25,617 bases of DNA from Candidatus Hermodarchaeota archaeon (GCA_048885865.1 JBHLLF010000037.1:1-25617); one strand, 5' to 3'. Shown: positions 1 through 9,127, counted from the first letter of the stretch. Notes: generated by a model not told the origin, from the letters alone. A program made the numbers and translations.

Positions 1-201
1 AAATTCCTGATGTTCCTGGTTGTGGTGGGCGCCACTACAGTGATGTCAATGGAATTCTTGCAGAGCTTCCAGCTCGCCATTATAGTGCTGATGCCAGTTC
101 TCTTCCTTGTAGTAATTCCATTCATTGCTTCAAAGATAATACAGTTCCTGGGCAGAGTCACAGGTGCGGTCACCAAAAGGAGTTCACTACCCACCGAATA
201 G
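1..201 (+). CDS. C-terminal end of a membrane protein, 5'-truncated at the window edge
   Basis: Frame 1 is open from base 1 (KFLMFLVVVGATT...) to TAG at 199-201, with two hydrophobic stretches. It converges on the next gene. Confidence 0.6.
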   Translation, partial: KFLMFLVVVGATTVMSMEFLQSFQLAIIVLMPVLFLVVIPFIASKIIQFLGRVTGAVTKRSSLPTE

Positions 202-241
202 TGCTAGGAGAGATGACAAGGGTGTGATGGCTAAAATGCCA

Positions 242-1801
242 TCACGCCTCATCATCTTCTGAATACTCCTCATCAGTGATATAGATTGACTCCTCATCAG
301 TTTCAGATTCAGAGTATTCTTCGTCAATGTCTGATGCTTCTTCAGCGACATACTCCTCTTCTCGGGGCTCAGCCTCAGCACCCACAGGTTCAACCGCAGG
401 CTCAGATTTGGCTTCCTCCGCCACGGCAATGTCCTGGTCATCAAGGGTGACTTGTAGTTTCTGGATCTGTGACCGCCTTGAGAAGTAAAGTGCCACGATA
501 ACTGCGAGGGATAGAGCACCTCCCACGACCGTAAGAGTCGTTTGGAATGTGCTAGCTGAGCCGCCCAGTAGTGTCTGCCACGTGAGAATGAGAAATGCCA
601 GCCCGCCAATGTTCATCACGAAGCTTCGAACAGGAGTCTCGATCTTCTGTATCTCTGTTACTTCTGAATCAACAAGTGCCGCCCCAAGGACTCCTGCATT
701 GTACTCATTTGACTTGGTCCTCTTTGCAAGCTTCCGAATTGAGAGTGATTTCTTCTTCCCCATCACCTGTAATGCAATGGGCACTTTACTTGCAATTACA
801 TCAGCATATTTCTCCTGAGCTTCTTCGATGTCGATATGACACTTCTTGCATTCGGCGGCATCAGTACGCCACTTCGTCCTGCAATTTGGACACTTGTCCT
901 TAGCCCAGGCTTCTGGAGCAATCTCTCTCACGCGCTGGCGAATTCGATACTCACTGACTCCGCCTTCACCTCTCTCATATGTTCGGATTTCATCCTCTGT
1001 AGCTTTCTTCTTTCGAATCTTCACCTGCATTGAAAGTAGTGAAAAGAGAGCAGGCAAAGCCCCCAACACCGTAAGATTTGGCAGCGATTTTATCTCCCCA
1101 GCCTTCTTCTGGATAGAGCGCACCTTGTGGGCGGTCTGAACACCTTCCAATAATGACTTGAAACTGGCGCCTACACCCAATATTGCACCACCCGTAGCCA
1201 CTGTGGTGGCTATTCCAGCAATCGATGTAATAGCGTCTATCGCTGATGAAGGAGGGAGCGTGAGGAAGAAGACTTGCTCTATTGAATGAGGTGTGTCAAC
1301 GCCATCAACCTCTCCTTCAAGCAGGTAATATAGACTTACTGAAGCCTCGAACATTCCTGTGATGACATCGATTGAGATTCCCGCAAGTTGCGTAGTCACA
1401 ATATCTCCCATGGGTAGGGTCGCTTGCACTGGAGGTATAGTGGCATCCGGCTGCATCAATGCCGATGACTCATTTTGAGCTACCGTGATTTCAAAGACTT
1501 TGATGCTCTGGTACCAAAAGCCAATGGCGCCCCTTAAATGATGTATAGCCTGGGTTCCGATTACATCTATTTCGATGTAGATTGTTGTATCACCTTCGAC
1601 GTCGATTGGAATTGGATTCGCTTGGTCTGTTGCGGTTATGCTGACACCATTCACCAAGATTCTCGCATGTAGATGCTCTTCATCTCCGAACCATCCTGCA
1701 GGCGGTGCTTGAGCTGAAGCAAAAATTGTGCTCGCAAGAATCACAACGCCACATACAGCTAGAAAGCCTATCAGTAGTCTTCTTCGGCGGAAGCGGGGCA
1801 T
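242..1801 (-). CDS. Hypothetical multi-domain membrane protein (signal/TM, ectodomain, TMs, Zn ribbon, possible HTH, 2 TM, acidic tail)
   Basis: Long ORF. ATG at 1801 (MPRFRRRRLLIG) is preferred over 1840 because GAGG lies upstream. N-terminal hydrophobic helix ending ASA|Q; CPNC...CKKC; D/E-rich C-terminus. Confidence 0.8.
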   Translation of the reverse strand: MPRFRRRRLLIGFLAVCGVVILASTIFASAQAPPAGWFGDEEHLHARILVNGVSITATDQANPIPIDVEGDTTIYIEIDVIGTQAIHHLRGAIGFWYQSIKVFEITVAQNESSALMQPDATIPPVQATLPMGDIVTTQLAGISIDVITGMFEASVSLYYLLEGEVDGVDTPHSIEQVFFLTLPPSSAIDAITSIAGIATTVATGGAILGVGASFKSLLEGVQTAHKVRSIQKKAGEIKSLPNLTVLGALPALFSLLSMQVKIRKKKATEDEIRTYERGEGGVSEYRIRQRVREIAPEAWAKDKCPNCRTKWRTDAAECKKCHIDIEEAQEKYADVIASKVPIALQVMGKKKSLSIRKLAKRTKSNEYNAGVLGAALVDSEVTEIQKIETPVRSFVMNIGGLAFLILTWQTLLGGSASTFQTTLTVVGGALSLAVIVALYFSRRSQIQKLQVTLDDQDIAVAEEAKSEPAVEPVGAEAEPREEEYVAEEASDIDEEYSESETDEESIYITDEEYSEDDEA

Positions 1802-1894
1802 ATTGATTTCCTCACATAAACTGTCGCAGTTTGCTTCCACTCAATTTAGAACAGAAAAGGATTGTGGATACTTAATCATCAAAGAAGAAGCTGT

Positions 1895-2296
1895 TTATGT
1901 CGAGGGGCGCATCACTCGAATCATCTCAGCCACTTTCATGGCGATTGTACGGAGGCCTTCGCTTTTCATTAGCAGGCCTTTTGCTCCAGCGGAAACAGCT
2001 TTGCTAATGAGTTCACGATCAACGTAGGCAGTGAGGATGTGCACATTCTCAACGCCTTGTTCTGTCAGTTTCTTGGTGCAGCTTATTCCATCCATGACTG
2101 GCATCTTGAGATCCATCAATGTCATTTGAGGAAGCCTGCCTTCGCCCTTGAGTTCAGAGATCTTCTTTAGAGCTGCTTCTCCATTGAGTGCAGGAATGAC
2201 TTCTAAATCATCTATGTACCTGCTCAGATACTCAGTCATTATATCAACTATGCCTGGCTCATCGTCAACTATGAGAATGGTGGTTGTCACTGACAT
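1895..2296 (-). CDS. Single-domain response regulator (CheY-like receiver)
   Basis: ILIVDDE, phospho-acceptor LMDLKMPVMDG, LTA and GAKGLLMK motifs. Probable start MSVTTT at 2296 (track start 2326). Confidence 0.92.
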   Translation of the reverse strand: MSVTTTILIVDDEPGIVDIMTEYLSRYIDDLEVIPALNGEAALKKISELKGEGRLPQMTLMDLKMPVMDGISCTKKLTEQGVENVHILTAYVDRELISKAVSAGAKGLLMKSEGLRTIAMKVAEMIRVMRPST

Positions 2297-2444
2297 CTCA
2301 TCCTTGCGCACTTCGCATTGAAACATGTAATCTTGGCGAAACTGACTTATGAATGGTTAGGATTTGCGGTTGTGTAGCGACATTCTGGAATCATTTTCCG
2401 TTCCTGTAGTAGTTCTTTAGGAGTATCAACATACAGGAAGGAGA

Positions 2445-2948
2445 ATGAACATGGCATCACTGATAGAATCTTCAGGTGGAGAAGAATCAAGCCTGGAACT
2501 AACCTCGGTTGCTGACTTGACTCCATTCACCAGCTCAGTGGCGATACTTATCAAAGTAGTTTCAACGAGCCAAACTCGACACGTAATCTCAAACAAGACA
2601 GGTAGAAGGCTTCTAGTTCAGGATGTTGTCGCCGGGGATTCAACCGCAAGAATCAACATGACACTTTGGAATGAAGACACAGATTCTCTACAGGAAGGCC
2701 AGACCTATCTTTTATCAAAAGGCTACGTGAGAGAATATGATGAATGCATGTACCTTCTTCGGAGTCGAGATGGTGAGTTTAAGGAGTCTGAAAGACACAT
2801 TGAGGATGTGAACGAATCAGTTGATATGAGTAGGCCTTTTGCAGGACAAAAGTCTCGACGAAAAAGCCCTCGAACGAGGACAGGTAGATCTTTCAGGGGA
2901 ACTCCAGGAAGAGAGGAAAAGGGATACTGCTCATGGAAGGGCTTTTGA
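2445..2948 (+). CDS. Single OB-fold ssDNA-binding protein (archaeal SSB/RPA-like) with a basic C-terminal tail
   Basis: VADL...VAILIKVV...VVAGDSTARINMTLWNE...LQEGQTY matches the SSB/RPA OB-fold pattern (GDxTGxIxxTLW). AGGAG lies upstream. Confidence 0.8.
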   Translation: MNMASLIESSGGEESSLELTSVADLTPFTSSVAILIKVVSTSQTRHVISNKTGRRLLVQDVVAGDSTARINMTLWNEDTDSLQEGQTYLLSKGYVREYDECMYLLRSRDGEFKESERHIEDVNESVDMSRPFAGQKSRRKSPRTRTGRSFRGTPGREEKGYCSWKGF

Positions 2949-2975
2949 GTCGGTTATCTGCTCATAGAAGTCTAC

Positions 2976-3884
2976 ATGAAGATTGACTATCACGGTGATT
3001 CTCTACCGTTTCCATTGGCTCCATTACGTGGGAAGCTCTTGACTGCTGGGCTATCATATGGTGATACAGATGATATTCTACTGAAGCTGGGTAGTAAAAT
3101 TGCGGCATCTGAGTCAGGCATTTCTATGGAAACAGTGGCATCAATTGCACGAGAATATGTACCTGAATCGTATCTAGCGGATTATGACCTCATCACAAAA
3201 TACGAGGCATTAAGGAGAACTACAGGAGATATCCCTCCGCTTGTGTTAGTACTAGAGGGAGCATCAGCTACTGGCAAGTCCATGCTAGCATTGGACTTCA
3301 TAGTCTTTCTCTCAATTACAAGATTCATTAGTACTGATACTGTTAGGCAGGTACTCAGATGCATTTATTCCAAGGACGAACACCCGGAGTTGCACTGTCA
3401 TACCTACCAAGCCCATGAATATCGAAAAGCAGAGCCTGAGGAACTCGATCCAATGATCAGAGGATATTTGGCTCAATGTGAATTGATAGAACCCACTATC
3501 CGTGATGCTGTGGATAGAATGGTGCAGGAGGGGGCTGAGGGATTAGTTGAGGGCGTCCACATTCTTCCCGGCAGTCTTCAAGACATTAGCCCCGGCGTCC
3601 TGGAGATTCTAGTCCATCCTGAAGAACAAGCTCACCGTGCTATGTTCCTTGCCAAGCATAGTACTTCTGGACTCAGGACTGTATCATCCGATGCAGAGGT
3701 AAGGGAAAATGAATTTCTTGCAGCTCGCCAAATTCAAGAATATATGGCTCAGCTTGCCAAAGAACGCGGGATTGTGAAAGTGATACTATCCGACTATGAG
3801 CAAGCTTCAGAGGAGATACGGTTCATTTTGCTTGACAAGATTCGCGAACTAGTAGATGACCAGAGTGGAGGAAAAGCGCCTTGA
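2976..3884 (+). CDS. 2-phosphoglycerate kinase-family P-loop kinase
   Basis: PLVLVLEGASATGKS (Walker A), ISTDTVRQVLR and VEGVHILP motifs typical of the 2-PGK family. N-terminal ATP-cone-like segment. Confidence 0.8.
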   Translation: MKIDYHGDSLPFPLAPLRGKLLTAGLSYGDTDDILLKLGSKIAASESGISMETVASIAREYVPESYLADYDLITKYEALRRTTGDIPPLVLVLEGASATGKSMLALDFIVFLSITRFISTDTVRQVLRCIYSKDEHPELHCHTYQAHEYRKAEPEELDPMIRGYLAQCELIEPTIRDAVDRMVQEGAEGLVEGVHILPGSLQDISPGVLEILVHPEEQAHRAMFLAKHSTSGLRTVSSDAEVRENEFLAARQIQEYMAQLAKERGIVKVILSDYEQASEEIRFILLDKIRELVDDQSGGKAP

Positions 3885-5275
3885 GCTGGAAGGTGGATTC
3901 TCTTAACCGACTCTTCAATCCAGAGTCCATAGCAATTATCGGCGCTTCGAATCAACCTAACAAGCTCGGATCACTAACACTTCGCGCTCTCAAAGAATCA
4001 AATGCAAGAAAGTACCCAGTAAACCCACGTCATTCTGAGATTAATGGGCTCAAGTGTTACTTCAGTTTGACAGATATTGGAGAGGACATTGATTTAGCAG
4101 TTATAGCTCTAGGGCCCTTGAATGTGCTCACAGCACTCAAAGACTGTGCTGAGGCAAATGTTGGAGGGGCAATCATCTTTTCTGCTGGATTCAAGGAATT
4201 GGGTCCACTCGGCGAAGAACAGCAGGTACAAGTAAAAGAGGTTGCAGACTCTTCCCATATTGCAGTCATTGGTCCGAACTGCCTTGGTGCAGGAAATCCG
4301 TGTATGGCACTGAATGCCACTTTCTTTCCACACCCTGTACCAGTTCAGGGGGGCAGTGTCGCCCTTGTTAGTCAAAGCGGAGGCGTGGCAGGCCTTATGC
4401 TCTATGAGGCTGCTGACGCAGCCATTGGGGTGTCCAAATTTGCCAGCATCGGAAATAGAGTCAACATAGACTTCCACGACATGGTGAGATATCTTGGGCA
4501 GGATGATGAAACAGAGGTCATCTGCTTGTTTGTGGAAGGTACTGAGCATGCTAGGTCAATGTACGATGAGATGGCACATGTGACAAAAGACAAGCCTATC
4601 ATCATGTACAAAGTTGGCAAAACCCCAACATCACGAAAAGCAGCTTTGAGTCACACGGGCAGTTTAGCTGGACGGCATGAGCTATATTCCGCGGCTGCTC
4701 GGCAGAGTGGCGCAATTGAAGCGAGCACTGTCACTGAAATGATGGACACAGCAAAAATCCTCTCAATATGCGGGACTCGTCCAACAGGGCAAAATGTGGT
4801 TATTGTAACTCATACGCTCGGTCCCTCGCTCATAGCAGCACAGATACTCGAAAAGGCTGGATCATCACTTCCACCTCCCTCGCAGGAAACCTCATTGATG
4901 ATTCAACAAATGCTAGCAATGCCAGTCGAGATTCCAATCACCAATCCTGTAGACTTACTCGCTCAGGGCTGGGCTAATCCTGAGATTTTCGCGGGAGCCT
5001 TCAATCTGATAATGGACGACTCACAATATGATGCCGTAGTGATAGTTTTCCAACCAAACTATCAGGAAGACATTGGCGGAGGAGTGCCTATTGACTCGAT
5101 TCTAAAGAAAACCTCAACTTCTGAAAAGACAGTCATTGCAATTCTGAATTCACCTGTCTGCACACCGCCTAAAGGCAAGGACAGATTGGAACATGGGCGT
5201 GTGCCTGTCTTCTCGAATCCTGAGAGGGCGGCTCAAGCGCTCTCAAACGTACTCAGTCTATCTCGAATCTCATAG
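3881..5275 (+). CDS. ADP-forming acyl-CoA (acetate-CoA) ligase alpha-subunit-like CoA-binding protein
   Basis: LFNPESIAIIGAS, YPVNP, IGPNCLG, SQSGG, SIGN, phospho-His SHTGSLAG and NPVDL motifs. The TTG start overlaps the upstream TGA. No ATP-grasp (beta) domain in this ORF. Confidence 0.88.
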   Translation: MSWKVDSLNRLFNPESIAIIGASNQPNKLGSLTLRALKESNARKYPVNPRHSEINGLKCYFSLTDIGEDIDLAVIALGPLNVLTALKDCAEANVGGAIIFSAGFKELGPLGEEQQVQVKEVADSSHIAVIGPNCLGAGNPCMALNATFFPHPVPVQGGSVALVSQSGGVAGLMLYEAADAAIGVSKFASIGNRVNIDFHDMVRYLGQDDETEVICLFVEGTEHARSMYDEMAHVTKDKPIIMYKVGKTPTSRKAALSHTGSLAGRHELYSAAARQSGAIEASTVTEMMDTAKILSICGTRPTGQNVVIVTHTLGPSLIAAQILEKAGSSLPPPSQETSLMIQQMLAMPVEIPITNPVDLLAQGWANPEIFAGAFNLIMDDSQYDAVVIVFQPNYQEDIGGGVPIDSILKKTSTSEKTVIAILNSPVCTPPKGKDRLEHGRVPVFSNPERAAQALSNVLSLSRIS

Positions 5276-5280
5276 AGATT

Positions 5281-6735
5281 CTATTCATAGAGGCTCTTAC
5301 GGCCTACAATTATACCGACTATTAATGATACAATGAAGCCTCCCACAGCCCCACCCACGAAGCCGAGCTCACTTTGTCCGGGAGGCGGTGGAGGTGGGTC
5401 GACATAGCGGATAACTGTATGAGTTGTAACCTCTATCTCACCCGCAATCAAGTCATGCACAATGGATTCCGCTTCCAATATTGCAGCTCTTGCTTCCAGT
5501 AATGCACGATGCATTTCATTGATTGAGGCCGACATTTCCCACCAGTCATGCACGCCTCTAGATCTATCTTCATTGAATAGCTCCACAGTGTCACGAGCAG
5601 TAGTGATTGCCAATTGAGCCATAGCTACAATTGTGGCATTCGCACCTAGGGTAGCTTCATACCGCAATGCTTGATTTTCAATATCATCGGCTAGGGACAA
5701 TAGCTCCAGTGTCATGGCTTCATATGTGTCATGTATGACTTGGAGCTGGCCAAGTACATAGGTCTCCATGCCCTTATGACAGAACTCACTTTGCCCACAC
5801 GCCGCTTCAGCATTCACATTGAAAGAGTGGTTCATGAATCCTTGGCCATTTGGCTGGATGCCATAGCCATGACAGTCAACACACATGACTCCAGCAAGTT
5901 GATGGGAGCTGCCAATCCAGATGTCGTACATTGGCTGGTCTGGACCAGAATGACAGATTCTGCAAAGTTCTGTGCTGTTCTCCGCTCTAATCATTGCTGG
6001 ATATGATGACCAGTTTGTGTGAACCGCATGACAGGCAGGACATGTAATCGTATTGTATGAGCCGTCCACAGAGAATGATGTATTCACTGCAGGTGAAAAT
6101 GTCGAGATGAATTCGGGATTCCGATAATAGACAAATGCCTCTGTGCTATGACAATACATGCATCCAGTCGTTGCATGTTCACTTGCCCTAAGGTCGGCTA
6201 ACGAGTTTGCATGAGCCGTGTTTCGCCATACAATATGTTGATGAGGACCCAAAGGTGCGCTGGGACTGTGGCAGGTGCTGCAAAGTGCGCCTGAATAGTC
6301 TGACCACTCAGACCATAAGGCATCATGACAAGCACGGCAGTCCACTCCAATATCATCGTAGGAACCAGTGATATTGTTGTATCCGCTCGTATGGCAAGCT
6401 GCACATTCTGAATCGAAGATTGTATAGCTGATATTCATATCGCCGCCGATCTGCACATGAGTTGCATTGATCTCAATGATGTGAGTAGCATGGCCTGTCT
6501 TTACCCAGGCGTTGTATTCTGCTGGATGGCATGGTGCATTCCCGCAGTTTGTGATATCTCCGCCGCCCATTCCGGGTGAGGACATACAGTTTTGCTTGTC
6601 AGTAGAATATCCAAGTGGAATGGGAATTGCTGGACCTGGTGACCCTAGAAGCAAACTGAATCCTGCTATGCATAGGAATACGTAGTATCCAAATACCCAC
6701 TTCTTTCGCTCGAGATTATTTGCATATCTAACCAT
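5281..6735 (-). CDS. Membrane-anchored extracellular multiheme c-type cytochrome (7 CxxCH + CX4CH + CX5CH)
   Basis: CAACH, CRACH, CSTCH, CMYCH, CPACH, CRICH, CVDCH, plus CGNAPCH and CGQSEFCH. N-terminal signal/TM, C-terminal helical region with DRSRGVH, poly-Pro linker and C-terminal TM. Many N-x-S/T sequons. Confidence 0.93.
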   Translation of the reverse strand: MVRYANNLERKKWVFGYYVFLCIAGFSLLLGSPGPAIPIPLGYSTDKQNCMSSPGMGGGDITNCGNAPCHPAEYNAWVKTGHATHIIEINATHVQIGGDMNISYTIFDSECAACHTSGYNNITGSYDDIGVDCRACHDALWSEWSDYSGALCSTCHSPSAPLGPHQHIVWRNTAHANSLADLRASEHATTGCMYCHSTEAFVYYRNPEFISTFSPAVNTSFSVDGSYNTITCPACHAVHTNWSSYPAMIRAENSTELCRICHSGPDQPMYDIWIGSSHQLAGVMCVDCHGYGIQPNGQGFMNHSFNVNAEAACGQSEFCHKGMETYVLGQLQVIHDTYEAMTLELLSLADDIENQALRYEATLGANATIVAMAQLAITTARDTVELFNEDRSRGVHDWWEMSASINEMHRALLEARAAILEAESIVHDLIAGEIEVTTHTVIRYVDPPPPPPGQSELGFVGGAVGGFIVSLIVGIIVGRKSLYE

Positions 6736-6779
6736 GAAGCTATCACCACGCGAGATGTCACATTCGGCTTCGAATCTGG

Positions 6780-6848
6780 TATAAAAGCTAGAACTTCGAG
6801 GACCCTCGAAGTGGTTTCAAAATGTATGTCTGAAATGCGATTATATAC
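6780..6848. promoter_or_regulatory. Divergent promoter region with TATA-like boxes and a 9-bp-arm palindrome
   Basis: TTTTATA on the minus strand (6780-6786), TTATATA on the plus strand (6841-6847), and ACTTCGAGG-ac-CCTCGAAGT (6793-6812) between them. Confidence 0.45.
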
Positions 6849-6893
6849 GGGACTTTAATCAAATGCGCAGGATATTCCGGGAAGGAGCAAGGC

Positions 6894-7445
6894 TTGTCAA
6901 TAAGAACCCCGCGTTATATGTTCAAGATGGTCAGTTTGGGTGACGCGGCTACAGGTAAGACAAGCTGCATAGTCAGATACACCGAGAATAGCTTTGGGGA
7001 GTCGTATCAGGCAACTATGGGAACAAACATAGCAGTAAAGAATCTTCAAGTTGCCTTGACAGAAGAGAAGACTGTGCCGGTACAGATTGTTCTATGGGAT
7101 CTTGGCGGGCAACCAGATTTCAAGGAGCTTCGGCTGCGATATATGGCTGGAGCCAGTATTGCCTTCATCGTCTATGATGTGACGAATCCCAGATCGTTTC
7201 TTCATGTGTATGATTGGTATTCGAATTTCATGTCAGTGAATCCCGAAGCTACTGTGACTATAGTGGCCAACAAAATTGACTTGGAAGATAGGTGGGTACC
7301 TCCCGAAGCAGGACAAATGCTAAGTGATTGGCTTGACGTCACCCATGTTGAAACCAGCGCAAAAACAGGGGAGAATATTGAGGCCCTATTCACTGACCTC
7401 ATTGGCTCAGCAGTGAGAAAGTATCGTGACAGATCAATTGAGTGA
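6894..7445 (+). CDS. Rab-like Ras-superfamily small GTPase (eukaryotic signature protein)
   Basis: G1 GDAATGKT, G2 ATMG, G3 WDLGGQ, G4 NKID, G5 ETSAK. No C-terminal Cys prenylation motif. TTG start after AAGGAG. Confidence 0.93.
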   Translation: MSIRTPRYMFKMVSLGDAATGKTSCIVRYTENSFGESYQATMGTNIAVKNLQVALTEEKTVPVQIVLWDLGGQPDFKELRLRYMAGASIAFIVYDVTNPRSFLHVYDWYSNFMSVNPEATVTIVANKIDLEDRWVPPEAGQMLSDWLDVTHVETSAKTGENIEALFTDLIGSAVRKYRDRSIE

Positions 7446-7452
7446 GAAATGG

Positions 7453-7527
7453 TGGGCGAAAGAGCAGGCTGGCCCCGGATCTCTCGCCCAGTTAGATCAA
7501 TGGCGACTCGCGCCCAACAATTGATCT
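7453..7527. terminator. Two adjacent stem-loops between convergent genes (possible terminator or 3' structure)
   Basis: 7453-7463 pairs with 7480-7490 at 10/11 positions; the single A.C mismatch becomes G.U on the minus-strand RNA. AGATCAAT (7494-7501) pairs with ATTGATCT (7520-7527). Confidence 0.35.
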
Positions 7528-7651
7528 GAGATGTCAGGGATTAGTAACGAACACTAGGGTGTATGACAAACTCATCCAAGGTACTTAACTCATCAAGTTT
7601 CCATTTGGAAAGTCACTAGCCTTGCGGTAACCGATGTTGATTCTAGCCAAA

Positions 7652-9127
7652 CTATGGGACGAGGACTCCAGCTGCCAACGATGCATAGTCCAGGATTAGA
7701 CCGGGAAAGATGCCAATCATTATTGTAGCCACTACTGCAAGTAGCACAGCCGCAAGAGGAATCGTCGGAATTCGCAATGTTGTACCTTCTGTTGGTTCCA
7801 TGAAGTAGCAATACCTTAGGATTCTCAAGTAATAGCCAAGTGCAAATACTGAGTTTAGCACAGCAATTATCGCCAACCACCAAAGCCCAGCATCGACTGC
7901 AGCTCCAGGCAATAGGAACCACTTGAACCAGAATCCTGCTGTGAATGGTGCACCTGCCAGAGCAAAGACCATTATTGCCATCAATAGAGCAACAATCGGA
8001 GCACGAGTACTGAGTCCTTTCAAATCATCATATGTAACCTCTTTTCCAATGGAAACAGCCAATGCCCAAACCAGGATAAACGCGCCCGTCTTGATGAGTG
8101 CATGGGCAAACGCGGTAAACATCGCAGCTGCTGCTCCAAAGGCCGTTCCTGCTGCAATCCCCACGAAGAGTAGACCCATCATCATGATGGATGAGAAGGC
8201 TAACATTCTCATGATGTTGCGCTGAGCGAGTGCCAGAATATTCCCAATGATCATGGAAAGAATCGAGATAGTGACTACGACAGGCATCCATTCCATCTGT
8301 GCTGCAACAAATGCAACGAGTAGTATCCGAAGGAGGGCACTTACACCTGTCTTCTTGGTTGCACCAGCCAGATATCCTGTGACGCTTCCGTCAGCAGTTG
8401 CATACGCGTCGGGGACCCACATCCATCCTGGGAACACACCGACCTTGAATCCAAAACCGATCAGGAACAGCACCATAGACAGAAGCATTGCGTAGGCAGA
8501 CGGAGAAGCGGCGCTCCAGACGACACTAACAAATGCAGCAACAGCGGCAAAGCTTGTGGCACCTGTTGTACCATAGACAATTGCAATTCCAAATAGGATG
8601 AGAGTTGACGATAAGAGTCCCATGACGAAGTACTTGGTTGCTCCATCAATAGCTCCTCTGTGGGGCCCTAGCGCAACAAGCACATATGTCGGCGTACTCA
8701 TGAGCTCCCATGCCAAAAACAACGCCACAAGATCGGTTGCCATAACGACCCAAATTGCGCCAGCAAATGACATCATGAGGAGAAAGTTGTATGTACCCTT
8801 ATTTCCACCGTATGTCGTCGACGAAAGCAGTATTATGAATGCGACAACCAGAATGATCCAGATGAAGAAATCGCCAAACATGTCTCTTACAAATAGTCCT
8901 CCAAAGGAAGAACCCTGATCAATGAGAATCATCTCAAAGCCTGCAAGGGCAATGCCAATGAAACTGACTGCCAAAGGACTTCTTCTCATTCCTACAATGA
9001 GTGCCAAGATTCCGAAAAGGATGAGCGTCAAAGCTGGTAATGATACTAGCCAATCCGCTGGGACTAGTGCAAAGAAGGGACTCAAGATGTCGCTGATAGC
9101 ATCGATTATTGTGGAAACCTGTAGCAT
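7652..9127 (-). CDS. nuoN: Complex I-like subunit N (antiporter-like)
   Basis: About 14 TM helices; WELMS, GATKYF, FKVGVFP, WVPDAY, RMLAFSSI and TM12 FWFKW (Lys) motifs. Last gene of the cluster. Confidence 0.92.
   Translation of the reverse strand: MLQVSTIIDAISDILSPFFALVPADWLVSLPALTLILFGILALIVGMRRSPLAVSFIGIALAGFEMILIDQGSSFGGLFVRDMFGDFFIWIILVVAFIILLSSTTYGGNKGTYNFLLMMSFAGAIWVVMATDLVALFLAWELMSTPTYVLVALGPHRGAIDGATKYFVMGLLSSTLILFGIAIVYGTTGATSFAAVAAFVSVVWSAASPSAYAMLLSMVLFLIGFGFKVGVFPGWMWVPDAYATADGSVTGYLAGATKKTGVSALLRILLVAFVAAQMEWMPVVVTISILSMIIGNILALAQRNIMRMLAFSSIMMMGLLFVGIAAGTAFGAAAAMFTAFAHALIKTGAFILVWALAVSIGKEVTYDDLKGLSTRAPIVALLMAIMVFALAGAPFTAGFWFKWFLLPGAAVDAGLWWLAIIAVLNSVFALGYYLRILRYCYFMEPTEGTTLRIPTIPLAAVLLAVVATIMIGIFPGLILDYASLAAGVLVP

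Noticed and set aside
187-1139. Alternate-frame ORFs over the 242-1801 gene
   Set aside because: Shadows of a longer coherent CDS. The 140-aa ORF reflects the low-complexity acidic tail.
1770-1801. Tat signal in MPRFRRRRLL
   Set aside because: Lacks the S/T-R-R-x-F-L-K consensus. It is equally explained as a basic Sec n-region.
5281-6735. Calling the cytochrome NrfA nitrite reductase
   Set aside because: No CxxCK catalytic heme motif and the heme count differs. The resemblance is only at fold level.
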